A DNA stretch of 64,000 nucleotides from the IMG/VR virus record IMGVR_UViG_3300020442_002322, positions 1-64,000 of that record. The stretch is one strand, 5' to 3'. Below, one piece after another: positions 27,728 to 39,700 of the stretch. Made by a program: the position numbers and the translations under genes. The notes beneath the pieces are model-generated. The model was not told where the DNA came from, ran no database searches, and saw only the letters and a list, made by a program, of their open reading frames with translations. Position 1 is the stretch's first letter, and each line of letters begins with the position of its first letter. Source of the stretch: a virus.

Positions 27728-27735
27728 TACTTATA
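27728..27735 (-). promoter_or_regulatory. Putative late promoter TATAAGTA
   Basis: One mismatch to T4 late TATAAATA, overlapping the upstream stop codon. Confidence 0.5.
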
Positions 27736-29209
27736 CTTTAAGTACACACTCGATAATTTTTTCTTCTTGTTCTGTACTTGACTCTAATGCTACTCCAACT
27801 AATCCATTGCTTGCAATAGTAGAAGCTACTCCGTCTGCCCATGCATACACTGCCTGTCCTTTTGAAACTGGGCCAGTTACTCTCACAGGAACACGACCTT
27901 TAAGTGCTATTGCTTGTCCTTCGCTGTCTTCGTTCATTATCATTGCTGGATTTTCAGAAATAACTCCTATAGCAAAATCACTTGTTTTTGCCGCTCTAGC
28001 TTCTTCTTTGCCTCCAACTGCCATAACAGTTCCAACAGGATATTCTTGATCTGTTGTATACTTTTCTGCAATATCAGCATATTGAGCGGCAATCGCTGTT
28101 CCTCTAAAGAAATTAGCAGTAATATCACCACTGCTATCTCTCAAAGCAACTGTGCTTGCGTTTGCACTAGTTTGTCCTAGGTAAGTATTACCGTCAAACT
28201 TAATTGCTGTTGCTGTGTCTGCTGTACCTCTAAAGAAGTCTGCATAAACATCTGACCATCTTAATGCTGTTGTTCCAAGTGTATATGTTTGTGTTGCTCC
28301 TGGATTCATTCCTGTTGATGTGAATGTTGCACTGTTTGTTTGTTGACTTGATCCATTGTTTAATTGAATCTTAATTGCATTTGAAGTACCTTGCTCATTT
28401 GCAATTACACCTGTGTTACCAGTTACATAGATATGTAAACCTAAACTATCACCAATTTTTAAACCATTATTATTTTCAATATTAACTAATTCGTTAAATG
28501 ATGTAGATTGACCAGCTTGCTGTGTAACAAAGTCTGCGGCATCAACACCGTTTAGTTTTAGTGCATTAGATGCTGTTCCCCAAAAATAATGGTTAGTGCT
28601 TGTGACACCGCCTGTGCTTGCAATAGTGTTTATAAGTGTAATACCTTTTTTGACAGTATCAAATCCTGTAATTGCATTAGCTGGATCTGTACCATCAATA
28701 GTAAATTCTTGTGGGCTAATAATAAAAATAACTTCATCATCAATTGTAGCAGTAATTACACTGTGATTAGTATTTTGTGTATCTCTAATAGTTTGACTAC
28801 GCATCTGTGTTAAACCGCTACCAGTTCCTTGCGGTCCTACTAGGATCCAACTTGATCCATCATATGCATATAATTGATTATTACCACTATCAAACCAAAA
28901 ATCACCTGATACTGCTGTTGCTGGTTGGGTTGAAGATACTTCAGCACCGCCTGTTGGCTTAAACACGGAACCGTCGTAGAATTTTATTTTACCAGTAGTA
29001 CTATCATGCCAAATTTGACCTGCGATTGGTTTAGGTGGTTGTGAACTTCCACTAAAATTTTCTAATAAAAACAAGAAGTTTTCATTTTGTATTTCGCCAT
29101 ATCCAGCATAGTTCTTTCCAACAAACGTAAGATCTGTTGTAGTGTCTATGGTCCCGTCTTGCACAACAACTAAAGTTGCTCCGCTGTATTTGTTAATTGT
29201 ATAAGCCAT
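27731..29209 (-). CDS. Tail fibre-like protein with C-terminal intramolecular-chaperone (peptidase G2-like) domain
   Basis: N-terminal module shared with 29241 and 31064 (VGKNYAGYGE..NENFL.LLENF..P..GQIW). C-terminal ADIAEKY...GTV..GG..IGVIS..IALKGRVPVRV. Confidence 0.65.
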   Translation of the reverse strand: MAYTINKYSGATLVVVQDGTIDTTTDLTFVGKNYAGYGEIQNENFLFLLENFSGSSQPPKPIAGQIWHDSTTGKIKFYDGSVFKPTGGAEVSSTQPATAVSGDFWFDSGNNQLYAYDGSSWILVGPQGTGSGLTQMRSQTIRDTQNTNHSVITATIDDEVIFIISPQEFTIDGTDPANAITGFDTVKKGITLINTIASTGGVTSTNHYFWGTASNALKLNGVDAADFVTQQAGQSTSFNELVNIENNNGLKIGDSLGLHIYVTGNTGVIANEQGTSNAIKIQLNNGSSQQTNSATFTSTGMNPGATQTYTLGTTALRWSDVYADFFRGTADTATAIKFDGNTYLGQTSANASTVALRDSSGDITANFFRGTAIAAQYADIAEKYTTDQEYPVGTVMAVGGKEEARAAKTSDFAIGVISENPAMIMNEDSEGQAIALKGRVPVRVTGPVSKGQAVYAWADGVASTIASNGLVGVALESSTEQEEKIIECVLKV

Positions 29210-29232
29210 TGTTTTTCAACCCTTTATTTACA

Positions 29233-29239
29233 TATTTAT
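29233..29239 (-). promoter_or_regulatory. Putative late promoter ATAAATA
   Basis: GATAAATA in the 31-nt gap upstream of 29209. Confidence 0.5.
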
Positions 29240-29240
29240 C

Positions 29241-31064
29241 TTAAACACTAGATACAAGATCTTGGTCAAATGTCCATGATCCACTGCTTTTCACATACCT
29301 TTTCAATGCTCTAGATACTGAAACTGTAACAGTACCCGTTGCATCTGTAAATCCAATATCCTGCATTACTGATTCGTTTTGCACTCCTGCTGAATCAACA
29401 GCAATAAACGATTTTGTAGCAACCGCAGTAATATCAATACCTGTCACGCTTGCACCGCCTAGTGTAGTACAGTGTATACGTGCATAAGTTCCATCTGATA
29501 CATTAGCCGCAGGAACTAGATCTTCTAGTACTAGTCCAATTTGTGTATCATTAAGTCCTGTTGAGTCCATACTAAATGAAATACCAGCACCTGCAATTTC
29601 TTCATCAACATATTGTTTTGTTGCCGCATCTGTTGGGCTACCTGGTACACCTAGTCCGGAAATTCTGTTTGTGTTTGTAAATGTTATATCACCTGCAAGG
29701 TCAAAAGTAAGCCCTCCTAGGCTGTTAGTAATTGTGTTACCATCAATGGTTATGTTATCAACTGTCAATGCTGTAAGTGTGCCAACATTTGTAAGACTAG
29801 AATTTACAACTCCTGATCCTAGTGTTGTTCCTGTAAGAACATTTGTTCCATCAACCTTGTAACTATTACCACTTGTTACATTTAAATTTTCTGTTGTTGT
29901 CCATGCGTTTGGTGTTTGTCTCCAAGTAAACTTTTTATCTGTGCCAGTAACACGTACAATTAAGCCTGCATCATCTACATCTGCTTCAGGTAAAAGTGTA
30001 CTATCACTTGTTATAGCAAGTTCAATATTTTTATCCTCAACACGCATACTAGAAACATCTATGCTTGTGCTAGAACCTTCTACAATCAAATTGCCTGTAA
30101 TACGCATGTCTCCTGTCAAATCAAGTGTATGTGCAGGTGTACTATTCCAAATACCAACTCTTTTGTTTGTAGCATCTATATAAATTGCATCAGTTGCCTG
30201 TGCGCCATCTAATGTTGAAGTTATTCTAAATCTTAGATCATTATCTGTTACTGTTTGCGTCATAGCAAAAGTGTCGCCAATAACTTTTTGTTCTAAGTCT
30301 GTGTTAGGTCCGATTGTAACACCGTCACTATTTTGTACTGTAATTGTACCTGCAACAATCTGATCACCTGTTGTGCTTAAGAAACTATCTGCTGTAACTT
30401 TTGTGCCGTTTGATTTTAACAAACTTTTTGCAGAATCAACTGTACCTTCGTAAATAAAATTATCTTTATCAATAATGTTAATACCTTTTTTAACATTTCC
30501 TGTTATGCCATCAATTCTATATCCTACTGCTGGCTCAAATTCAACATTACTACTTACAGCAACTCTAGTTGTACCACTGTTACTATCACCAATGTATAAA
30601 CTTGCTATTGTCCTAGCTCTATCAGTAGTATCTCTTATACTTTCAATTACCCAACCAGACACACCTTGTTGTTTTGTGTAAACTGGTCCTGCCAAAACAG
30701 GATCGCCTACACCATCATAAAAATATATTTGATCATTTACGTTGTCAATCCATAAATCACCAGCAACCATAGCAGGTTGTTCTTTTTGTACAAAAGGTCC
30801 ACCTACTGCTTTAAAGATTGATCCTTCATAAACTTTTAAACGGGCATCACTTTTATCCCACCACAGTTGTCCTTCAATAGGATTGCTTGGAGAACTTGTG
30901 TTTGCAAAGTTTTCCAATATTTTAACAAAGTTTTCATTCAATGCTTCGCCAAATCCTGTGTAGTTTCTTCCAATTAATGAAATACTTGTGCTTGCAGTAT
31001 CTAAAGTACCGTCAATTAAGTCTACAAGTAATGTGCCGTCTGTTTTATTAAGTTTATATGCCAT
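29241..31064 (-). CDS. Tail fibre/baseplate structural protein
   Basis: MAYKLNK..IGRNYTGFGE..NENF..LENFA..P.NPIEGQLWW; beta-rich repeats; DAATKQYVD fibre motif. Start at ATG 31064 (TAATG overlap). Confidence 0.65.
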   Translation of the reverse strand: MAYKLNKTDGTLLVDLIDGTLDTASTSISLIGRNYTGFGEALNENFVKILENFANTSSPSNPIEGQLWWDKSDARLKVYEGSIFKAVGGPFVQKEQPAMVAGDLWIDNVNDQIYFYDGVGDPVLAGPVYTKQQGVSGWVIESIRDTTDRARTIASLYIGDSNSGTTRVAVSSNVEFEPAVGYRIDGITGNVKKGINIIDKDNFIYEGTVDSAKSLLKSNGTKVTADSFLSTTGDQIVAGTITVQNSDGVTIGPNTDLEQKVIGDTFAMTQTVTDNDLRFRITSTLDGAQATDAIYIDATNKRVGIWNSTPAHTLDLTGDMRITGNLIVEGSSTSIDVSSMRVEDKNIELAITSDSTLLPEADVDDAGLIVRVTGTDKKFTWRQTPNAWTTTENLNVTSGNSYKVDGTNVLTGTTLGSGVVNSSLTNVGTLTALTVDNITIDGNTITNSLGGLTFDLAGDITFTNTNRISGLGVPGSPTDAATKQYVDEEIAGAGISFSMDSTGLNDTQIGLVLEDLVPAANVSDGTYARIHCTTLGGASVTGIDITAVATKSFIAVDSAGVQNESVMQDIGFTDATGTVTVSVSRALKRYVKSSGSWTFDQDLVSSV

Positions 31065-33106
31065 TATACGTTCCCAGTGTAAATTATCCAATTTAAGGAC
31101 ATAAACGGATTCATAATGTCCAGAGGTTGCCCTGTAGTTCCTGCTACACTACCACTTGTGGTTGCCGCTTGTCCTTGGTTGTTTCCAGTAGGTGCATCGT
31201 ATACCTGTGCTCCTGCTACAGATCCAGATCCTTTTACAGCATCTAATATTGTATAGAACTGTTGTTTTGCACCCGGATCACCAACTTGTAAATCGTGTTC
31301 GTGATCTGGTATTTGATTACCCGCGATTGTTACTTGTTCAACACCGCCTCCGTTACCAAGTTCATTACCTCTTACACCTGTAACTCTGTTTGCGGCTGTA
31401 CCGCCCATATCGTCAAGACCCATAATTGTTCTGCCTCTTAAATCAGGTAAACAAAATAATTGGACACCGTTATCTGAAACTTCGTTACTTGGTTTAAAGT
31501 TAAAACCAATAGCTAGAAATAATTTTTGATAATCTGCTTGTAATACTTCACTACCATCACAAAGTAACCAATGTGTTGGTGCTTGCAATCCTGCATATGG
31601 CATTATAATGCCCGGCGGGTTGGTAGGAACTTTGTCAAGTAAATTTTCTACACGTAATCTATATAAACCTGTTGCACCCTGGACTCTGTTTACTAAGAAT
31701 TCGTCTGAATCTTGTGCTGATGATGTTGAAGTTTTATTTGATATAAAACTATTACTTACAACTGTGTTAAATGTTTTTGTATTGCCGCCTTGTTGTCCGT
31801 CAAAAGTAATTGTAGGAGCACTTACTTCTCCTATCATTTGGAAACTTGTACTGCTAGATAGTTTATCAGCAGTTTGTGATGTACCACTAATGTTACCTGT
31901 TAAGTTACCTACAAATTGTCCTGTAAATTGTGTGGCGTATATATTCGCATATTTGTTTGCATCTGATCCAATAGTCCTTACATTTGTTGCATCTGGTAAT
32001 ACATTTCTAGTTTCAATGTTTCCAATAATATCTACATTGCCACCTACGTTTAGGTCTCCTGCAATACCTGCTCCGCCTTTTACAATTAAAGATCCAGTAC
32101 CAAAGTTTGTACTTGCTGTAGTACCATCTATAGTTATTGAATCACTTACTTTAATTTTACCTGTTACATCTAATGCTTCACTAGGCGCCGTATTGTTAAT
32201 ACCTATATTAGTTGTGCTATCAATACGCATCACTGTTTTAGTTGTGCCTTGATCGTTTACACGAACATCTAAACTAGAACCTGTTGCACTATGAGTAATA
32301 ACACCTGTTTGACCTTCAACTGTCAAACGCATTTGGTTACCGCTACCTACAATAATACCTTCGTCACTGTTTACTTTTAATTGGTGTGTAGTTGTGCTAA
32401 CTTTATCACCTCTTAAGAAGTCACTTGCTAACACAGGTGTATCTTCACCAGCAACAATTAAACTTTCTGCTTTTTCAGCAACACCGTAATATTTTCCTGC
32501 ACCGTCACCTGTAATATTTGCTGTGCTTAAATTGACACCAGGTTTAATTTCTGAAAATCCGTTAATAACTGCTCTTGGTGAAAAAGTTTTTGTGCTTATA
32601 ATTGCAATAGGTTTTGCTTCAACTTCAATTTGTAAAACATTGTAGTCAATGTTATCTTGACCACGAATTGTTTTTACATTTACACCTGTATTCAATCCTC
32701 CGGAAAATTCCGGACCAACTAATGTCCAACCCGAACCTGTATACAAATATAATTGCTGATTGTCTGTATCAACCCAAAGGTCTCCAGTTACACTTGCACT
32801 TGCTTGTGGTGCATTGGTTGCTTTTTTCAATCCGCCTGCCGCAATCCATTGAGTACCATCGTATACTTTAAGTCCTTCTTCTCCAGAAGAACTGTCCCAC
32901 CAAAGTTGTCCTTCAACAGGATTTGCTGGTGGAGTAGTGTTTGCAAAATTTTCTAAAAGTTTTAAAAAGTTTTGATTAAATTCAACACCATAACTTGTTG
33001 TATTACGTCCAACTAAGTTTAAACTTGTTTGTGTGTTAATATCATTATCTTCAACAGTTAGACTACCTTTGTTGACCAAATCAGTAAAATTAATAGTATA
33101 TGCCAT
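31064..33106 (-). CDS. Short tail fibre-like protein with phage tail collar domain
   Basis: PPGIIMPYAG..AP..WLLCDGSEV....Y..LF..IG...F.LPDLRGR (tail collar), HEH, MNPFMSLNWII. Confidence 0.8.
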   Translation of the reverse strand: MAYTINFTDLVNKGSLTVEDNDINTQTSLNLVGRNTTSYGVEFNQNFLKLLENFANTTPPANPVEGQLWWDSSSGEEGLKVYDGTQWIAAGGLKKATNAPQASASVTGDLWVDTDNQQLYLYTGSGWTLVGPEFSGGLNTGVNVKTIRGQDNIDYNVLQIEVEAKPIAIISTKTFSPRAVINGFSEIKPGVNLSTANITGDGAGKYYGVAEKAESLIVAGEDTPVLASDFLRGDKVSTTTHQLKVNSDEGIIVGSGNQMRLTVEGQTGVITHSATGSSLDVRVNDQGTTKTVMRIDSTTNIGINNTAPSEALDVTGKIKVSDSITIDGTTASTNFGTGSLIVKGGAGIAGDLNVGGNVDIIGNIETRNVLPDATNVRTIGSDANKYANIYATQFTGQFVGNLTGNISGTSQTADKLSSSTSFQMIGEVSAPTITFDGQQGGNTKTFNTVVSNSFISNKTSTSSAQDSDEFLVNRVQGATGLYRLRVENLLDKVPTNPPGIIMPYAGLQAPTHWLLCDGSEVLQADYQKLFLAIGFNFKPSNEVSDNGVQLFCLPDLRGRTIMGLDDMGGTAANRVTGVRGNELGNGGGVEQVTIAGNQIPDHEHDLQVGDPGAKQQFYTILDAVKGSGSVAGAQVYDAPTGNNQGQAATTSGSVAGTTGQPLDIMNPFMSLNWIIYTGNV

Positions 33107-33109
33107 TTA

Positions 33110-33715
33110 TTATACTCCTGATAAACTTTGTACTCTTACTGTATAATCTATCTGTACAAGTCTGTTTAAAGACTTTTGTACTGGATGGAAAATAACATGT
33201 GTTAATAATCTTCCGCTACCATTCGGATTATAGCTCTTTAAACCAAGCTCATCAAATACATACAAGCTATTTGTATCACTTGCATTATCAAATGCATCTT
33301 GTCCTTCTGGTTCACCGTAATCTAGTAGTGCAGTAACAACAATATCTGTATAGTTAGTACCACTGACATGACGTGTTTCTGTTTTGTTTCTAACTGGATC
33401 AGTATTTGCTGTGCTTCTGTCATCTACAACTTTAGTAAATGTCTGGTTATACAAACTTGCATTTGTACCTGTTGAGTTTGGTGTTAGATATGTAATAATA
33501 CCTGTGGGATCAACATTTGTTCCCCCATTACCAAAGCTCATTTCATAAATCATACCTTGTCCTTGGTTAGCAAGGCTTTCTGCTAACGCAATACTCATAT
33601 TTTCATAGTGAATAGCATTTTTCTTGTCCACATACACTTCTTTGGTCATAGGATCAAAGATCTTTATGTGTCCACTTACTGCTACACCTGAATTTTCTTT
33701 TATTTTGTCTGTCAT
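33110..33715 (-). CDS. Putative baseplate/virion structural protein
   Basis: 201-aa ORF in the tail module; FDELGL..LLTHVIFHPVQKSLNR.IQIDYT. Confidence 0.55.
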   Translation of the reverse strand: MTDKIKENSGVAVSGHIKIFDPMTKEVYVDKKNAIHYENMSIALAESLANQGQGMIYEMSFGNGGTNVDPTGIITYLTPNSTGTNASLYNQTFTKVVDDRSTANTDPVRNKTETRHVSGTNYTDIVVTALLDYGEPEGQDAFDNASDTNSLYVFDELGLKSYNPNGSGRLLTHVIFHPVQKSLNRLVQIDYTVRVQSLSGV

Positions 33716-33736
33716 GTCACTTTCTCGCTGTTACTG

Positions 33737-33743
33737 TATTTAT
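33737..33743 (-). promoter_or_regulatory. Putative late promoter ATAAATA
   Basis: AATAAATACAGT, also seen at 52167. Confidence 0.55.
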
Positions 33744-36700
33744 TTAGGTAACTCCGTTGTATTTTCTCTTAGGAAGTCAGCTATGTCATTTTTTGCGTCT
33801 GCTAGGCTAGTTCCTGGTGTAGTCCATGTCTGTCCTAAGCGTCTAACAACCACAATTTTTTCTTCTTCTTCAGGTGTGCGGTACAATGTAAGCGTACTTC
33901 CACTGAGTGTAAACTCTGGATCTAGCGTTACATCGCCTTCTGGACTATCTTGATCAATAAATCTAGTCACAAAAGTGCCTGCACTGTCCTTTTTGTCAAC
34001 TTGATAATTGCTTATAGCATTTTTACGTAGTCTACGCCCTGCCATAAACACCTCAAACTCGTTGACGCTTGTTGGAGTAAAATCTAGCTCAAATACACCA
34101 GTTGTACCGTCTGGAGTGTACACTGTTGTATAAATCTCATCTTTGTATGGAACAGTATTCTGTGGGCTTTGATCTTCTACCTCAGTGCCTGCTGTTAACA
34201 AAGCATTTACTCCTGTACCTAGTGTGCCTCTTCTTAGCTGTCTTAAAGAATTACCCTGTTTAACAAGATATTCAATACGCTCGCCGTTTATAAACACAAC
34301 ACCCGGAATACGTGATGTTTTGTTTGGCTCAGCTAATCCAGTAGCACTTACTAGATCAATCTTTGTGTCGTACCAATTCAAATCATTAGCAAGTTTATAC
34401 ATTGATTTATCATCAATTCGCTTGTAATGTGTTCTATTCAGAACGTCTTTGAATACTCTGTACCCAAATTTTTGTGTAAGTTTTTCACCTGCAAATTCAA
34501 TAAATTCTATTTTGTCATTTGCACTAATTGGTTTAACAATACGTAAATAATTTTTATCTTCAGTCAAATAGTAATCTACATTAGGCACAAGTCTATCACC
34601 ATTAATAATAACCCAAACATATTCTGTATCTACTGCATCATTTCTAAGTTTTAATATACCATTGCTTAGATTATAATAATCTGCATAACTTTGTGTGCCA
34701 GGTACAAGAGTTTTTCTTGTAAGCATATCATATTTGGTTCTAGAAATATCTTGGCTATCATGATTACTTAAAGTTGTTACTTTTACTGTTGCGCCTAATG
34801 CGGGTGCAGTATCAAAATATAATTTATCTCTTGATTGAATAAATCTACGTGTGCTATCATCTGCTATACCTATGTATCCAAATGCATACTGGCCATCATT
34901 TATAACAAATATTTCTAAGTTATCTCCTACATTTCCAACGCCCGGCGATAGTGTAACACTCCCGTTAGCACCATTCCATCTATAATCAACATTTTTAACA
35001 ATTAATTCATTATTTAAATAAACTTCAACTTCAGCATTTTGTATTTCACCTGCATAAAACTGCCAATCATCAACAGCATATTCTCTTGCACTTGTCATTG
35101 TAAAGTCAATATTATATCCTGTGTCTTGTAATACATCATCTACAGTTACAATAGTGTTTTGTTGTACAGGTAATCCTCCAGTAATTGCACTATTAAGTGT
35201 GAATATGGTTGTACTGCCGTCGCCTGTAAATGTTTGAGTGCTTGTTGCACTATAGGATTGAGATGCACTATAAAATAAACCGTAATCAACAAGTTCACCA
35301 TTTTGTGGCGGATGATTAAACTGTATAGCAATTAATCCAGCATCGTCACCGTATGTGCTATCAGTTTTGAACAATGTTGAAGTAATAGGTTCTCCGTTGA
35401 TGTTTACAAAGTGTGTTGCATTGTCTACCCAAGTAACATTTGTAACAAAAGTATTTGTACTTCCATCTGCTACAAAATTATTAATGTCTAGAATTTTAGT
35501 TGCACTTTCACCTACAACAACAATACTTAACACTTGTCCTGAAGCTGGTGCTGTTGCAAATGTAATTGATTCATTTCTATAATCAACTGTATAATTTGTA
35601 ACAGTGTTACTTCCTAATTTTACAAATACACCATCATTATTCATAGGTTTCATACCCATGTTAAATGTTGTAGTTGTGCCATCTGTAGTGTAAAAATTAC
35701 TTTGGATATTACTTGCACCGTCATCTGGTCTATGATAAACTTTTATATCTACTGTATCAGCAATTTTTCCTGGTACTAATTCTTCAGGTCCAGTTGTGTT
35801 TACTGGTGTAATAAAATTGTCACCGTCAACAACTATTTCTGCGGCATCAATACCTTTTGCATTACTATAATTTAACTGCCCGCCTGTAAGTTGTGTATCA
35901 TAACTTGCAGTGTCAGGTTTGAAACTTCCATCACTTGTTGTTTTCCTTATAATAAATGTATCACCATCTACTGTTGAAATACCAAGCGTATCTAGATCTA
36001 ATTCAGTTTGTCCGGCGCCTGTAATACTTTGCATTAGAGCATTTTTGTTTGCACCAGGATTACTTAAATCAACAAAATTAGGGTCGTCAATTCTAACATT
36101 GTTTTTGTATATGTTGTATGTTACACCACTATCTAATGCATCTTCGGAAGCCCATTCCATAATAGTTGTAGAACCATCTATGTAAATTACAATATCTTCG
36201 TAAGTGTTATCATATAAATCGTATGGTTCAATACCATAACCTTTCGCTTCAAAACCTGCTGTTGCACTAAAGTCGAAACTTTTTACTTCTACGCCGCCAA
36301 AGTCAATTCCGTCCATTAGTTGTGTTACATCTTTACCAACCATTCCATCTGTTGGTTTGTAGTAACTTTCTATTCTGTCTTGTGCATTTAACAATGCTGG
36401 AGAAATTTCATAATTTACAGTAATAGCAGAACCTACCTTTGGAGGTGTAGTAAACAAAATTCTACCTTTTTCTCTTGTATATGTTTTTGTTGTATCTACA
36501 ATATTACTATAACTATATTCACTTCTCAATAATTCTACATTATCAATTATTATTTGTATCTTATTTGCATTAATTGTAAGTGGCCATTTCAGATCGAAAA
36601 TTTGCTGTGCGCCTGTACCTACAAAAGTTTCAGATTTCTTCACACTTAAGATGTATGGTGTGCCGGATACTCTGTCAAATTTGCTAATAACTTTGACCCC

Positions 36701-39700
36701 TCTTGCCTTACCTCTACCCATTACTGCTGTTGCTTTGGCATCTTTGCCTCCATCTTTGATGCTACCGTTGATTACAACTTCTGGTGCAGTTTTATAATTT
36801 TTACCAGGATTAGTTACTTCAATATAACTAATTTTATCTCCATTCAAAAATGCTATTGCAGTCGCTCCGGAGCCGCCGCCACCTTCAAGTGTAATTTTAG
36901 GAGCAAGTAAATAACCTTCACCTTTATCACCAATTTCTATACTTGTAATTTCGTGCCCTACATTATCTCTCCACCATTTATCTGGATAGTCACTAGTGCT
37001 ATTACGTAGAGAAATAACAGTATCATTTTTTATAGTTGCTTTGCTAGGTTCAATTTGTTTTGTATTAAAATTATAACGTGGTGGTAAATCAAAATCTGTA
37101 ACAACACTTCTCGTTGCTTCAGTTTTTTCATAAGCACTTACGTATTGACGTATTTTTGTTTTGAACGGTTTGACTTCGCTTATATAATCTTGGAAACTAT
37201 CAATGTTATCGTTTTTATATGTAATTTTTTGTTGTAGTTCTCCAACATTATGAGTTGCATTTATAAAACTTGTTTTAAATGCCCAATCTAAATTAGGCTG
37301 TTCACTAAACGCATATCTTAAACTTGATAAGAACAATTCATTGTATTCAGTTTCTAAATCGTCAACAAATAAACTATCTCTAATTACTTCTAAAATAATA
37401 CGTGTTTCTTCCACAGGCTGGTTATCATAAAATTCTGTATCAAAAGTATTTGTATCAAAACCAGTTTTATTTAAATCAGTATTATAAAGTGTGTCTAAAA
37501 ATTGTATTGTAGCATCTTGTTTACCAATAACTTTGTAATTAACAGTGTAATCTTCATTTTCTTGGTTATCAATTTTTTCTAGAAGCAACCAACCGCCTGT
37601 GCCTACGCTGTTAATTTTAACTGTGCTTCCAATTGCATTTTCTAAACCACTCAATTGATAACTAAAATCTATTAAATTATCAATTTCTGTGAATTGATTA
37701 TATCCAGTTGCATACCAATCAATATATTTCCAATATTGACTTACATTGTACCTTTGAGAAATAGTTCTATTGAATTTTGTACCATTAAAATTGTACGTGC
37801 TCCATTTACCTGCAACATTACTATCACTATCAATTAATACAGTAAAGTTTCTTACAGTTAGTGTAGTATTGTTGTCATAACCTTCGCCAGGATCAACTAT
37901 ATTCACACTAGTTATTTTGCCAACTTCGTCGATAGTAGTTTCAATAATTGCATCTCTACCAATACCATTTACAGTAACTTTGGGTCCTAGTCTATTTCTT
38001 GTTGTTGTACCAACTACATAACTTGGATCTTCATATCCTCTTCCTGCTTTTGTAATTGCTACACTCTGTATTTTACCGTCAGCAATAGTAGGAGTCAATT
38101 CAGCAGTTTCTCTTTTTGCTGTTCCTACGTATTGTAAGTCTTGATATGTATCAATATTAACATCATACTCACGTCCTGTAATCAAAGGTTTAGGATCATT
38201 TAATGATAATTTCGAAATATCAAATTCGTCTACAATTATATTATCTTTTACAACTGTGTTCACTCTTTCTATAGCCTGTTTTAGAGCTTCTGTTCTATTA
38301 ATAAACATGCTTTGTCTTGGACTATTTTGTATACCGTATTTTGCTTTTGCACTTAAAGCAGGATCAGGCACAGTTCTACGTTTTGTATCGTAACCTATTA
38401 AACTATCAAACCATTTACGTTCAATATCTCTAGTAGGTTTACTGCTACCTAGACCTTGTGTGAGTAAACTATATTCATTATGAATATTTTGTGTTTTGTT
38501 ATCTAAAGTATAATATCTAAGATTTAATGCAATATTTCTATCATCCATTACACTTGCACAATTAAACAATGTATATCTATTCTTGCCCATTAATGCAACA
38601 AATTTGTAACCTTGTCCTGCAGGATTTTGAATTAAATTTGTAACTTCATTTGCACTAATTTTTCTAAAGTCTACCGCTGGCACTGTTTTTTTATTTGCTA
38701 CCCAATAAAAGTATTTTGCTTTACTTGTTTTTGCAATCGGATCCCATACTAAACGTTGAGAATACACACTATCATCATATCTAGTAACACCACTTATGCC
38801 TCTGCTGATGCCTTCATTAGTATCCGCAAGTTCATTCCATTCACTAGGCAATAGATCACTTTGCACCCATTCATACACTTGTACTCTTGTGCTTGGAAAT
38901 ACTTCTCCCCAATAATTTGTTTGATATGTAATATCATTCATTTGATAGTTGTAAAATTTAGCAGAACCTACATCCCACCATAACTTCCCTACATATGCAT
39001 CGCCCCATGCATTTTCTTCATCAACCACTACATTACTATCACCTATGCTATAGGTAGCAGGATCATAATATGTTTTGAAACTTAATTCTTGTTCTGCTGT
39101 ACCAGCAATCTTTCCTTGAACAGGATCAATAAAATCTAAATCTTCAACAATTACATTTGTTTTTGTATTGTACAAGAATACATTTTTAATGTTATCTATA
39201 TCAACTTGGTCTATAGGAGTTCTGTGTTGCTTCCATGCTTTAGCACCAACAGTTTTTCTAAAGTCAACAATCTGACCTATAAACGTAACACCATCTGTAC
39301 GTCTTGGCATTGCAGTATAAACGTGGTTTTCTCGTACAAGTAAATTTTTTCCAAAGAACATACTATCATCATCTTCGTAAATAAATTCTTGTGCATAAAC
39401 AAGCGTATCGTTAATACGCTCGTACATGTATACCGCACCACTATCTTTTTGAATTGTTTTAAATCTTGTAAATTCGTTGTCAAACACTGTTGAACTTGCA
39501 TCAAATGTTGTTGCAATATTAATATCACCTTGTAAACTATTAACTGCTAATTGATTGCCATCAAAGTTAATTGCGTTTCCAAAGTTTTCATTTTGTTCAC
39601 CACTAGGACTATTAAGAATTTGTGACTGTACAAATTGTCCGCTTTGCAATGTGTAGATATACACACGACCTTGATTTTCTTTAAGTGCATCGTTATATGG

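Noticed and set aside
31608-32252. 214-aa plus-strand ORF (likewise 58719-59252, 20690-21121 and other short antisense ORFs)
   Set aside because: They are antisense shadows of well-supported minus-strand genes, with no recognisable motifs.
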